Assembly (NCBI GenBank): GCA_024232295.1
Contig: JAAEPT010000129.1
Coordinates: 3,769 to 67,768 of the forward strand
Reading direction: 5' to 3'
Length of the DNA stretch: 64,000 bases
Source of the DNA: Cytophagales bacterium
Lineage (GTDB): Bacteria; Bacteroidota; Bacteroidia; Cytophagales; JAAEPT01
In this document: piece after piece, positions 46,131 to 55,813 of the stretch
Layout: the number at the start of each line of letters is the position of its first letter
Position numbering within the stretch: the first letter of the stretch is position 1
The notes under the pieces: model-generated
What the model saw: the letters and a program-made list of their open reading frames with translations, nothing else
What the model was told of the DNA's origin: nothing
Database searches by the model: none
Program-made: the position numbers and the translations under genes

Positions 46131-48059
46131 CTAAGCGATTACATTTCCCAGTAGTTTACTAATTTGCATTTCAATTTGTTTATGTTTAATAAACTGTTGT
46201 TGCAAATTAGTAATCTCCTCTATCTCTTGTGTGCTTGCTAATGCCTTTTGAATTTTCTTCAATTGATAACGGGCATTTCTCCACTTGAGTCGCAGAATAA
46301 CTTTATAAGCTATTTTCCCTAAAGCTTCTTGTTCATTCATCACTACAATTTCATGTTTCTCTCTCCAGTTCTTACTAATTTCATGACGTTCCATCAGTGA
46401 CTTGGCAATAAAACTTTGTAGTCTTTTATTATTTTCTTTGAGCAAATCATTTGCTGATAATAATATTCCATCACCATAAGCTTCTTGAAAAGCTTTAACA
46501 ATTTCCGAACAAGTTTCATCCTCAAAGTTAATTTCTTCTATCTCTTTCAAAACATACATTGCAAAATAAACACCTTCATCAATTTCAATATCACCATAGT
46601 TTAATAATAAACGTACAATTTCTTCTTCTTGGAAAATTAGCTGCTTAAAATCTTTATCTTGATTTGGTTGAGATTGTGTAGTTGTTGTATTGGGTGTTTT
46701 ATTTTGTTGTAGACTTAATTGTCTAGTAGTTTGTCTTTCAAGTTCATTTCTTGTTCTATGAAAGATTTTCTCATATTCCTGCACCAAAATATCATAGTTG
46801 ATATTTAGTAATTGACTACTTTGTTGTAAAAAAATAGTTCTCTTAATACCATCTGGAATTTTGGCAATTGATTCCAAAATCTGTTTGGAAACCTCAGCTC
46901 TTAGGATAGGGTCATTTTCTGTTCCTTCCAAAAACAATTCAGTCTTAAAACTCAAAAAGTCTTTTTGGTTCTCTTGAATATGTCTCTTAAAAGCATCTCC
47001 ACCTATTTTCTGAACATAAGAATCTGGGTCTTCTCCTTCTGGAAAACTAACAGCACTTACATTTAAGCCTTCTTGAAGAATAAGATCAATTCCTCGCATA
47101 GAAGCTTTAATTCCTGCCTTATCTCCATCATATAGTACTGTAATGTTCTTAGTATAGCGAGAAATCAAACGAATTTGTTCTACTGTAAGGGCTGTACCTG
47201 AAGAAGCCACTACATTTTTGATTCCTGCCTGATGCAATGAAATGACATCTGTATAACCCTCTACCAAAAAACAACTTTCTTCTTTTCGAATTTCGTTCTT
47301 TGCTTGAAAGATACCATAAAGAATATTACTCTTATGGTAAACTTCTGTTTCGGGAGAATTTAAATATTTGGGTTGGTTTTTCTCATTAGATAATGTTCTT
47401 GCACCAAAGGCAATCACCTTTCCTGTAAGATTGTGAATCGGAAACATTACCCTTGCACGAAAACGATCATAAACTTTACCACCCTCTTTAACAGTGATGA
47501 GTCCTGCTTTTTCTAGGTAATCTAATTTATATTTTTTTGCCTCAGCAGCATTTTTTAAATCATCCCAAGCATCTAAACTATACCCCAAGTCAAATGATTT
47601 GATGATTTCATCAGTAAAACCTCTTTCTTTGAAATAAGAAAGTCCTATCATTTTACCTTGCTGATTTTCATGCAAGTTTTTCTTGAAATGATTTTTGGCA
47701 AAGTTAAGAACGATAAAAATACTATCTCGCTCTGTTTGTTGCTGTAGTTCTTCAGGAGACATTTGCTCCTCTTCTTCAACAGCAATCCCATATTTTCCTG
47801 CCAAAAACTTAATTGCCTCAATGTAACTAATGCCTTCAACCTCCATAATAAAAGTGATGGCATTCCCTCCTTTTCCAGAGCTAAAACATTTAAAAATTCC
47901 TTTGGCAGGGCTTACTACAAAAGAAGGTGTCTTCTCAGTCGTGAAAGGACTCAATCCTTTTAAATTTTGTCCAGCTCTACGCAACTGTACAAAATCACTC
48001 ACAACCTCTACAATATCGGCTGCTTCAAAAACCTTATCAATGACTTCCTTCTTTACCAT
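46131..48059 (-). CDS. dnaG: DNA primase
   Basis: Zn finger region (GLSPF...FKCFSSG), FRARVMFPI, KYLNSPET, VEGYTDV, YDGDKAG. Likely start MVKKEV at 48059; the track start at 48098 lies inside a terminator hairpin. Confidence 0.97.
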   Translation of the reverse strand: MVKKEVIDKVFEAADIVEVVSDFVQLRRAGQNLKGLSPFTTEKTPSFVVSPAKGIFKCFSSGKGGNAITFIMEVEGISYIEAIKFLAGKYGIAVEEEEQMSPEELQQQTERDSIFIVLNFAKNHFKKNLHENQQGKMIGLSYFKERGFTDEIIKSFDLGYSLDAWDDLKNAAEAKKYKLDYLEKAGLITVKEGGKVYDRFRARVMFPIHNLTGKVIAFGARTLSNEKNQPKYLNSPETEVYHKSNILYGIFQAKNEIRKEESCFLVEGYTDVISLHQAGIKNVVASSGTALTVEQIRLISRYTKNITVLYDGDKAGIKASMRGIDLILQEGLNVSAVSFPEGEDPDSYVQKIGGDAFKRHIQENQKDFLSFKTELFLEGTENDPILRAEVSKQILESIAKIPDGIKRTIFLQQSSQLLNINYDILVQEYEKIFHRTRNELERQTTRQLSLQQNKTPNTTTTQSQPNQDKDFKQLIFQEEEIVRLLLNYGDIEIDEGVYFAMYVLKEIEEINFEDETCSEIVKAFQEAYGDGILLSANDLLKENNKRLQSFIAKSLMERHEISKNWREKHEIVVMNEQEALGKIAYKVILRLKWRNARYQLKKIQKALASTQEIEEITNLQQQFIKHKQIEMQISKLLGNVIA

Positions 48060-48078
48060 AGCAAATTCAAAATTAAAC

Positions 48079-48118
48079 AAAAAAGTCACCTTAATCAATT
48101 GATTTAAGGTGACTCTTT
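48079..48118 (-). terminator. Intrinsic terminator of the aminotransferase gene
   Basis: AGTCACCTTAA...TTAAGGTGACT with a U-run on the minus strand. Confidence 0.85.
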
Positions 48119-48147
48119 CATATTATTCCCTTCAAAGAAGGTTGCTT

Positions 48148-49452
48148 TTATACACTCTCACAAAATTCAATTACAGCATTTTTGATTTTTGTAAAAGTAG
48201 TTGCTAACAATTCTTTATTTTCTTCTAATAATGTTACTCTAAACCCTTTCAGCTCAGAGTGGAAAGATGATAATGGAACCACACAAACTCCTTGAGTAGC
48301 CAATAAATAATACACAAATTGCTTATCTAATGACATTCCTGGTTGAATCCATTCATCCAATAATTGCTGAACTTCTGGCTTATCTACTTTAAGATATTGT
48401 CCTTCTTTCAAAGCTCCTTCCTTAAATACAATGGTATTGTAGAAAGCCCCAAACGTTTCATTGAATGTTAAGTAAGGAATATCTTGAAGAATCTCAGTAA
48501 TAATTCTACTTCTTTGTCCAATATCCTCATTCAAATCTTTGCGATAAGTACCAAATGCTTCATGCCCTAATAATTTAGGAATGGCTTTTTGAGGTAATGT
48601 AGTAGAACAAACCTCAATCATTTTGGCATTATCCAATGTATTGCACAAATCATTGAATTGAGCATCTTTATCGCGGTTATAGAACTCCATCCAACCACAA
48701 CGAGCACCTGGCCAAGGTAATTCTTTAGAAATTCCTTTCATTGCAATACCTGGAACATCTCCAATAAACTCAGCCAAAGGAAGAGCTTCAGCTCCATTAT
48801 AAGTGATATTACTATAAATCTCATCACTAATAATGAATAAATTAAACTCTTTGGCAATAGCTACGATCTTCTCTAAAACCTCTCTTGGATAGACCATACC
48901 TGTTGGATTATCTGGATTAATAATCAAGATTCCTACAATATTTGGATTGTACTTTACATTCAAATACATCTGTTCCAAATCTGGATACCAAGAGTTATTT
49001 GGGTCAAGACGATATGTTAGAGGTTCTGTGTTTGCATGGGCGGCTTCTGCTGAGGAATGAGTAGAATAAGCTGGAGAAGGACCAATAACACGAGATGTTG
49101 CTGTTAAGTATTGATATACTTTACTAATTGCATCTCCTAATCCATTGAAAAACAAAATATCATTGGCACTAATTTGCACTCCACCCAAAGCATTTGTCTT
49201 TTCTGCTAAGAACTCACGAGTAGTAAGTTCCCCTTTAGAATGACAATAACCATAAGTAGTATCATCTTGCACCAAGTCTGTAATGACTTCCTTCATCCAA
49301 ACAGGAATCTTCGCATTTTTCTGAATAGGATCACCAATGTTTTCCCAATAAATGCGTTGCCCTGCCTGTTCTACTAAATCTGCTTTCTTGACAATATCAC
49401 GAATTTCATATTCCAATTCGTTTGCACCATCTCTCAATAATCGCTTTCTCAT
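48148..49452 (-). CDS. PLP-dependent aminotransferase class I/II (AlaA-like)
   Basis: NIGDP, INPDNPTG, SDEIY, GISKELPWPGARCGW. Confidence 0.93.
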   Translation of the reverse strand: MRKRLLRDGANELEYEIRDIVKKADLVEQAGQRIYWENIGDPIQKNAKIPVWMKEVITDLVQDDTTYGYCHSKGELTTREFLAEKTNALGGVQISANDILFFNGLGDAISKVYQYLTATSRVIGPSPAYSTHSSAEAAHANTEPLTYRLDPNNSWYPDLEQMYLNVKYNPNIVGILIINPDNPTGMVYPREVLEKIVAIAKEFNLFIISDEIYSNITYNGAEALPLAEFIGDVPGIAMKGISKELPWPGARCGWMEFYNRDKDAQFNDLCNTLDNAKMIEVCSTTLPQKAIPKLLGHEAFGTYRKDLNEDIGQRSRIITEILQDIPYLTFNETFGAFYNTIVFKEGALKEGQYLKVDKPEVQQLLDEWIQPGMSLDKQFVYYLLATQGVCVVPLSSFHSELKGFRVTLLEENKELLATTFTKIKNAVIEFCESV

Positions 49453-49565
49453 GCAAAAAACACGTCTTTTTATTTTCGCTAAAGTAATAATTAATTTTGG
49501 AGAAAGCGAAAGAAATAATTTTCATAATTCAGATAACATGAATAAATTGACTCGTATATTCTATT

Positions 49566-49823
49566 ATGAAAGAGAAGAAGGGATACATACTTATTTGCAA
49601 AGCAGGTAAATGCAAAAAAAAGGGAAGTAAAGATTTGATAAAGTCTGCTCAAAAATTCGTCAAGAAAAAGGAGCTAGAAGAATGTGTTTTTGTAAAAGAA
49701 TCAAAATGCTTAAATCAATGTAAAAAAGCTCCTGTTGTTTGTTTAAGTTCACCCAAAACTTGGCTTTACAAACAAGACAAAAAAAGCTTAAAAAACAGCC
49801 TTAAAGATAATTTTTGTTCATGA
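49566..49823 (+). CDS. Thioredoxin-like [2Fe-2S] ferredoxin domain protein
   Basis: ICKAGKC (Cx4C) and CLNQCKKAP (Cx3C). Confidence 0.85.
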   Translation: MKEKKGYILICKAGKCKKKGSKDLIKSAQKFVKKKELEECVFVKESKCLNQCKKAPVVCLSSPKTWLYKQDKKSLKNSLKDNFCS

Positions 49824-50449
49824 AAATAAATCGATTAGAAAAAGAATGGTTTGAAGTAGGGAAACAATATACTGATGATATTGACTTCTTGAAAAATGAA
49901 TGGTTTAATATCATAGCCTTATATAATGAAGAACATAGAGCTTATCATAACATTCATCATATCTTAGCCCTTTACCAACATACACAAAGTATTAAAGACC
50001 AAATTAATAATTACCCAGTATTCTTCTATACACTTATTTTTCATGATGTAATTTATAGTACAAAGCAGAAAAATAATGAAGTAAAAAGTGCTAAATATGC
50101 AGAACAATTCCTTCAAAAGATTCAGTTTCCCAATACTGACAGAGTATTTGCAATTATTCTACATACAGCTGAGCATCATATCAGAAAAGAAAATGAAGAC
50201 TTTGACACAAAAGCATTCTTGGATATGGATTTGGCAATTTTGGGAAGTGACTTAGAAAACTATCAACAATACACCCAACAAATCAGAGAAGAATGGAAAC
50301 ATATTCCTTCCTTACTTTATAAAATAGGAAGAAAAAAAGTACTAAAATCCTTTCTTAATAGTAGTGAAATTTATCGCTTACCACTCTTTCAAGAAAAGTA
50401 TGAAAAAGTGGCAAGACAAAATATCTTGGAAGAAATTGAAAGATTGTAA
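49814..50449 (+). CDS. Predicted metal-dependent HD phosphohydrolase (COG4339-like)
   Basis: YNEEHRAYHNIHH, FHDVIY, NEVKSA, FLDMDLAILG, IREEW, ARQNI. Confidence 0.9.
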   Translation: MFMKINRLEKEWFEVGKQYTDDIDFLKNEWFNIIALYNEEHRAYHNIHHILALYQHTQSIKDQINNYPVFFYTLIFHDVIYSTKQKNNEVKSAKYAEQFLQKIQFPNTDRVFAIILHTAEHHIRKENEDFDTKAFLDMDLAILGSDLENYQQYTQQIREEWKHIPSLLYKIGRKKVLKSFLNSSEIYRLPLFQEKYEKVARQNILEEIERL

Positions 50450-50460
50450 GGAATAAAATT

Positions 50461-51213
50461 ATGACAAATGATGAATTTGAAAAAGAAATAGAAGCCCTAT
50501 CTAATTCCATAAAAAGTAATCATATTTTATTCAAGAAATGGGAAAACTATGATTCCATAATACTTTTAGAAAAACAGGCATTTTATACAGTAAATTGGTT
50601 GACAAAGAAACTTGATTTTGCAAAAGGTTTTGAAAAACTGTTGGGATACAATAGTCAAGAATTATCATTATTAGATATAAGTCACAATCTTATACATCCA
50701 GAAGACCAAGCCAAAATAGCACTGGTTATTAAAGAAACAGTACATTACTGCATAAACAATCCTATACCTAAAGAAGGAATGCAACTTCGCATTAGTTATC
50801 GAATGAGGAAGGCAAATGGATCGTATATAAAAGTGATGAGACATACAGGTTTGTATGAAAAAAATGATAAAGATCAGTTAACTACTAACTATTCTTTTTT
50901 GAATGATATCTCCAACTTTGATACTTCTACAAAAATGAGATGGGAGATGTTTTTAGAGGGCAAGGATCAAGATATGGAGAAATTAAGAAACAAAATACAA
51001 GAGATCTTGGAAACTCCCCTTAGTGTAAGAGAAAAAGAAGTCTTGAGTTATATTGCACAAGAATACACAAATCAAGAAATCTCAAACAAATTATTCATCA
51101 GTGTAGAGACAGTAAAATACCACAAAAAGAATCTATTTAAGAAATTTGAAGTATCATCTGTCTTAGGTTTACTCAAAAAAGCATCAGAAGAAGGTATTAT
51201 TGAACTATATTAA
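50461..51213 (+). CDS. PAS-domain LuxR-family regulator (copy 2)
   Basis: LIHPED, YRMRKANGSY, LuxR HTH SVREKEVL...SVETVKYHKKNLFKK; colinear with 3684..4427. Confidence 0.9.
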   Translation: MTNDEFEKEIEALSNSIKSNHILFKKWENYDSIILLEKQAFYTVNWLTKKLDFAKGFEKLLGYNSQELSLLDISHNLIHPEDQAKIALVIKETVHYCINNPIPKEGMQLRISYRMRKANGSYIKVMRHTGLYEKNDKDQLTTNYSFLNDISNFDTSTKMRWEMFLEGKDQDMEKLRNKIQEILETPLSVREKEVLSYIAQEYTNQEISNKLFISVETVKYHKKNLFKKFEVSSVLGLLKKASEEGIIELY

Positions 51214-51223
51214 AAATAGAAAA

Positions 51224-51763
51224 TCAATAACCTTCTTCCTCCTCTTCTTCCTCCTCACTTGGTGGAGCAATAAAAATGTAATAAAAAGCCAATACAATTA
51301 TAAAAACAACAGCTAAGAATGTATTAGTAGTATCATCAAATGATGAGTTTGATTGATGTCCATTAGATAAATTATTATTTGTATTACTATTATTATAAGT
51401 ATTACTCTGTTTATTGTTATCACGTCCTTTTTTGTTATTATTTGATTCAGGATATGATTGCGGTTCTGGTACTTCATCACCTGTTAGCTTCCCCTCTTTT
51501 GGAAGATCAAAGTTAGTTGTAAAAGACTGAACAGGTATATAAGGGTTTTCAACAAAAGAAGCTGTATCATTTTTTGTCAATTTATAGTATTGTTTACTAC
51601 ATATTTTTTCCGACACATATTCATCTTTAATGATTTGTTTCGCTGAGCTATTTTCTGATTTTAAGTAAGAACTCTTTGTATATAGAGCCTTAAATGAATA
51701 TACTTTGGGCTTTTGACAAGAAATCAAGACCAAAGCAAATAAAATAGGTACAATTACTTTCAT
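51224..51763 (-). CDS. Lipoprotein with low-complexity linker and C-terminal TM helix (tandem copy A)
   Basis: True start MKVIVPILFALVLISC at 51763 (the track extends to 51844); Asn/Ser tract; FLAVVFIIVLAFYYIF; poly-Glu tail. Confidence 0.8.
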   Translation of the reverse strand: MKVIVPILFALVLISCQKPKVYSFKALYTKSSYLKSENSSAKQIIKDEYVSEKICSKQYYKLTKNDTASFVENPYIPVQSFTTNFDLPKEGKLTGDEVPEPQSYPESNNNKKGRDNNKQSNTYNNSNTNNNLSNGHQSNSSFDDTTNTFLAVVFIIVLAFYYIFIAPPSEEEEEEEEGY

Positions 51764-51780
51764 ATATTTCTTTTTTAAAT

Positions 51781-52268
51781 CTAATCTTCTGGATGTATAA
51801 ATACATAATACAAGCCAATTAATAAACCAATAAGAAAACCACACGCATAACTCACATCTCCATTGTCTACAGAATTTGAACTGGATGTACTAGAAGCAGA
51901 AGTTGTAGTACTTGTGATGTTATTATTATTATTTGTACTTCCTACCTTTCTTCTATCTTTTCCCTCCTTTCCATTGTTGTTATTTTGTTCAGGGTCTGAT
52001 TGTGGTTCTGGCTCTACTCCAGACTCTTCCTCTACTACTTTTTCTTTCTCTGGAGGAGGATCAGGATTGAAAGATGAAGTTGCCATAGAAGAGGTATGAT
52101 ACTCTTTTTCTTGTTTCTCTTCTACTGAACCTTCATTTTCAATAATTCTCTTTACTGGGCGTTCTGAATCTGAATAAGAAGCTACTGTATGTAATTCAAT
52201 GAATATGTTTTAGGTTTTTGACAAGAAGCCAAGACTAAAACGCATAAAATAGGTACAATTATCTTCAT
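51781..52268 (-). pseudogene. Frameshifted tandem paralog (copy B) of the lipoprotein
   Basis: ATG 52268 gives MKIIVPILCVLVLASCQKPKTYS then TAG at 52182-52184. The continuation (ELHTVASYSDSERPVKRII...MATSSFNPD...YYVFIHPED) is in another frame; adding 1 nt near 52198 restores a 162-aa ORF. Confidence 0.8.
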
Positions 52269-52369
52269 ATATTTTTGTTTATTAAAAATCAAAACGGCTA
52301 TTTACAAATAGTCTGCCAAAACTTTTTTTACTAACTTTGATTATCATAAAATTTTATATCAATCACAGC

Positions 52370-54292
52370 ATGAAAAGAATATTATTTTATCTAACTGCTT
52401 TATTTCTTGTTAGCTCAACAGCTTTTGCTCAACAAAGCTTACTAGCAAAACTCAAAGAAAAGTATCCAAATAGCAACGAAATCACTTTAAACAACAATCA
52501 CACTATTACAATTGATGTGGATGAAACTGGACTTGTTATCTATGATGATATTTATGAAGAAAGAATGTTGCTGAAATACACTGGAGGATTGAAGAAAAAA
52601 ACGATTCAATACAATTCTTTTTCAAGTATTGAAGAAATCAAGGCATATACTTTAGCAATGAATAAAAAAGGAAAGTACAAAAAAATAAAAGTGAAAAAGT
52701 TTCAGAACAAGGACATATTGGATGATATGATTTTTCATGATGATACCAAAGAATTATCCTTCTACTTTCCAGAGCCTGCAGAGGGTGCAAAAACAGTGAT
52801 TGCTTATAAACAGCATGAAAAAAATCCTCGCTTCCTCAACTCTTTTTTTGTAGGTGACTTTGTTCCAACACTTGAAACAAAATTCACAATCAAAGTCAAT
52901 CCAGCAGTAGATATTGCTTTTCAATACTTCAATCTTGAAAAAAAAGATATTACATTAAATAAAACAGAAGATAAAGAATGGATTACTTATGAATGGACAC
53001 AATCAAGCATTCCTGCTGCACCCTATGAAGCAAGTGCTCCCAATCCTCGTTATTATCTAAAACACATCATACCTTATATAAAAAGCTTTAAAAATAAAGA
53101 AGGAGAAACTGTTAACTTGCTTAGAGATGTAGGTGATTTGTATGCTTGGTATGCTGATCTATTAGAACAAATGCCAAAAAAAGATACCAAACAATTACAA
53201 GCAATCACAGACTCATTGGTTCAAGACAAAACAACAGAAATGGAAAAAGTGAAAGCTGTTTTCTACTGGGTTCAAAATAATATTAAGTATGTCGCTTTTG
53301 AAGAAGGAATGGGTGGATTTATTCCTCGTAATGCTGTGGATGTTTGTGAAAAGCGATATGGTGATTGCAAAGACATGGCAAATCTAACTTCTAGGATGTT
53401 ACAGATGGCAAATATTCCTTGTTTTCATACATGGATTGGGTCAGATGATATTCCCTATACTTATGATTTACCTACTCCTGCTGTGGATAATCACATGATT
53501 GCAACTTATATTGATTCTCTAGGAAAACATCATTTTTTGGATGCCACTGGTCAATATTATAGTGCCTCTCTTCCTACTCATTTCATTCAAGGACAAGAAG
53601 CTCTTATCGGTGTTGCAAAAGATAGTTTTATTGTATCAAAAGTACCTGTGATGCCTGCTAATAGAACACTTTATGAAGACAATTTAGAAATACAGATTAT
53701 TGACAATAAAGTTGTTGGTATAGGAAAAGCAGCATTTACGGGTTACAAAAAGACAGCTTTAGTTCACCGCCTAAATGGAGAAAGCAATCAGGAGAAAAAG
53801 GATTTTTTTATTTCATATTTAAGTAAAGGGAATAATACATTTGAAATCAAGCAATTGAATGATAAAAATATTCAAGATCGAGACTTGCCTTATTTGGTTA
53901 ATTATGATTTTGAATTGGAAAATTATGTTCGTCAAAATGGTGATGAATTATACATTAATCTGAACTTGGATAAACCTTTCAAGAAAAAATTCATTAAAAA
54001 AGATAGGAAATTACCTATTCAAAGAAGCTATCAACAAGGTTATGTTTTCAATGTTAATTTAGAAATACCGAAGGGTTATACAGTAGATTATCTGCCCAAA
54101 GACAATGAAGGCAAAAATAAACTTATGAACTACAAAAGCACATATACTCAAAAAGAAGGAAAAATCGAACTAAACTTGGCAATAGAAAGCACACATCTTT
54201 TGCTTTCTCCACAGGATTTTGATACTTGGAACAAAGAACTTAGGAAACTAGTAGAGACTTATAGTGAAGTAGTTGTTTTGAAAAAACAATAA
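52370..54292 (+). CDS. DUF3857 / transglutaminase-like cysteine protease with intact triad
   Basis: Signal peptide from MKRILF; NNIKYVAFEEGMGGFIP; GDCKD (Cys), NHMI (His), LDAT (Asp). Confidence 0.9.
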   Translation: MKRILFYLTALFLVSSTAFAQQSLLAKLKEKYPNSNEITLNNNHTITIDVDETGLVIYDDIYEERMLLKYTGGLKKKTIQYNSFSSIEEIKAYTLAMNKKGKYKKIKVKKFQNKDILDDMIFHDDTKELSFYFPEPAEGAKTVIAYKQHEKNPRFLNSFFVGDFVPTLETKFTIKVNPAVDIAFQYFNLEKKDITLNKTEDKEWITYEWTQSSIPAAPYEASAPNPRYYLKHIIPYIKSFKNKEGETVNLLRDVGDLYAWYADLLEQMPKKDTKQLQAITDSLVQDKTTEMEKVKAVFYWVQNNIKYVAFEEGMGGFIPRNAVDVCEKRYGDCKDMANLTSRMLQMANIPCFHTWIGSDDIPYTYDLPTPAVDNHMIATYIDSLGKHHFLDATGQYYSASLPTHFIQGQEALIGVAKDSFIVSKVPVMPANRTLYEDNLEIQIIDNKVVGIGKAAFTGYKKTALVHRLNGESNQEKKDFFISYLSKGNNTFEIKQLNDKNIQDRDLPYLVNYDFELENYVRQNGDELYINLNLDKPFKKKFIKKDRKLPIQRSYQQGYVFNVNLEIPKGYTVDYLPKDNEGKNKLMNYKSTYTQKEGKIELNLAIESTHLLLSPQDFDTWNKELRKLVETYSEVVVLKKQ

Positions 54293-54360
54293 TGATTATT
54301 CTTTATAGAGAATAAAAATGCTGTATTTTTGCTGATTATCATTAGGATTGAGTAACACAC

Positions 54361-55758
54361 ATGAAACAAAAAAAACCATCAGTACCTAAGGGAACAAGAG
54401 ATTTTGGTCCTGTACAAATGGTCAAAAGAAATTACATCTTTGACACAATTAAAACTACTTTTCAAAAGTTTGGTTTTATGCCTTTGGAAACTCCTTCTAT
54501 GGAAAATCTTTCTACATTAACTGGAAAGTATGGTGATGAAGGAGATCAATTATTATTCAAAATCTTAAACTCTGGTGATTATCTTACTCATGGTGAGAGA
54601 AATAACAAACAAAGAGTTAGTCAAGAAGATTTGGACCAAGGAGAAAAGCATCTTTTGAAATTAATTTCTGACAAAGGATTACGTTATGATTTAACAGTTC
54701 CTTTTGCCCGTCATGTTGTGATGAATCATAGTGAAATTGCTTTCCCTTTCAAACGCTTTCAAATCCAACCTGTTTGGAGAGCTGACAAACCTCAAAAAGG
54801 AAGATATAGAGAATTCTATCAATGTGATGCTGATGTAGTAGGTACAGATTCTTTACTTTGTGAATCTGAAATTGTGTTGATGATTAATGAGGTATTAGGA
54901 AATTTAAACATTTCTGACTTTGCCATCAAAATCAATAATCGTAAAATCTTATCTGGAATTGGGGAGGTAATCAATACCCCAGAAGGAAAAGAAACAGATT
55001 TATTTGTTGCAGTTGATAAGTTAGACAAAATCGGAGTTGATAAGGTATTAGGAGAATTAAGAGGAAAAGAGTTTCCAGAAGATTCGTTAGAAAAACTACG
55101 TCCTTTATTAAGTCCAGAAGGTGGAAATGCTGAACGTATGGAAACCATGAAAACTTTATTAGCTGATTCTGAAATTGGTCTCAAAGGAATTGAAGAATTA
55201 GAAGAAGTTTTTGATTATGTAGCCAATTTTGGATTAGAAGATCATCACTTAGATTTTGACTTTACACTAGCAAGAGGTTTATCTTATTATACAGGAGCTA
55301 TCTTTGAGGTAAAGGTAAATAATGTAAGTATTGGTAGTATCAGTGGTGGTGGTCGTTATGACAACCTTACTGGTGTATTTGGATTAGAAGGTGTGTCAGG
55401 TGTTGGTTTTTCTTTTGGTGTAGATAGAATCTATGATGTATTAGAAGAATTGAATCTTTTCCCAGAGAATCAAAACATCACTACAGAAGTAATGTTTGTA
55501 AATTTTGATAAGGAAAGTGAAAAATATTGTTTATCTGTATTAAGTAAATTGAGAAATGCAGGAATCAAAAGTGAACTGTATCCAACAAGTGCTAAAATGA
55601 AAAAACAAATGACTTATGCGAATAAGAAAAATATTCCGTTTGTCATTATGGTTGGTTCAAATGAAATAGAATCTGGACAACTTACCTTAAAGGATATGAA
55701 CTTAGGTGAGCAACATTCTCTAACAGTTGAGCAAATCATCGAAAAATTATCTAACTAA
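54361..55758 (+). CDS. hisS: Histidine--tRNA ligase
   Basis: PKGTRDF, LRYDLTVPFAR, GRYREFYQCDAD, LARGLSYYTG, GGGRYD. Confidence 0.98.
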   Translation: MKQKKPSVPKGTRDFGPVQMVKRNYIFDTIKTTFQKFGFMPLETPSMENLSTLTGKYGDEGDQLLFKILNSGDYLTHGERNNKQRVSQEDLDQGEKHLLKLISDKGLRYDLTVPFARHVVMNHSEIAFPFKRFQIQPVWRADKPQKGRYREFYQCDADVVGTDSLLCESEIVLMINEVLGNLNISDFAIKINNRKILSGIGEVINTPEGKETDLFVAVDKLDKIGVDKVLGELRGKEFPEDSLEKLRPLLSPEGGNAERMETMKTLLADSEIGLKGIEELEEVFDYVANFGLEDHHLDFDFTLARGLSYYTGAIFEVKVNNVSIGSISGGGRYDNLTGVFGLEGVSGVGFSFGVDRIYDVLEELNLFPENQNITTEVMFVNFDKESEKYCLSVLSKLRNAGIKSELYPTSAKMKKQMTYANKKNIPFVIMVGSNEIESGQLTLKDMNLGEQHSLTVEQIIEKLSN

Positions 55759-55813
55759 AATAAATACAGCTCATAACATTATGGTATGGGCTGTTTCTTT
55801 TCCCCAACACATC

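Noticed and set aside
51764-51844. N-terminal extension MWFSYWFINW... of lipoprotein copy A
   Set aside because: It overlaps the TM-coding end of copy B in another frame; the lipoprotein signal starts at 51763.
51863-52099. Hydrophobic plus-strand ORF
   Set aside because: Antisense read-out of the Asn/Thr/Glu/Lys low-complexity linker of copy B.
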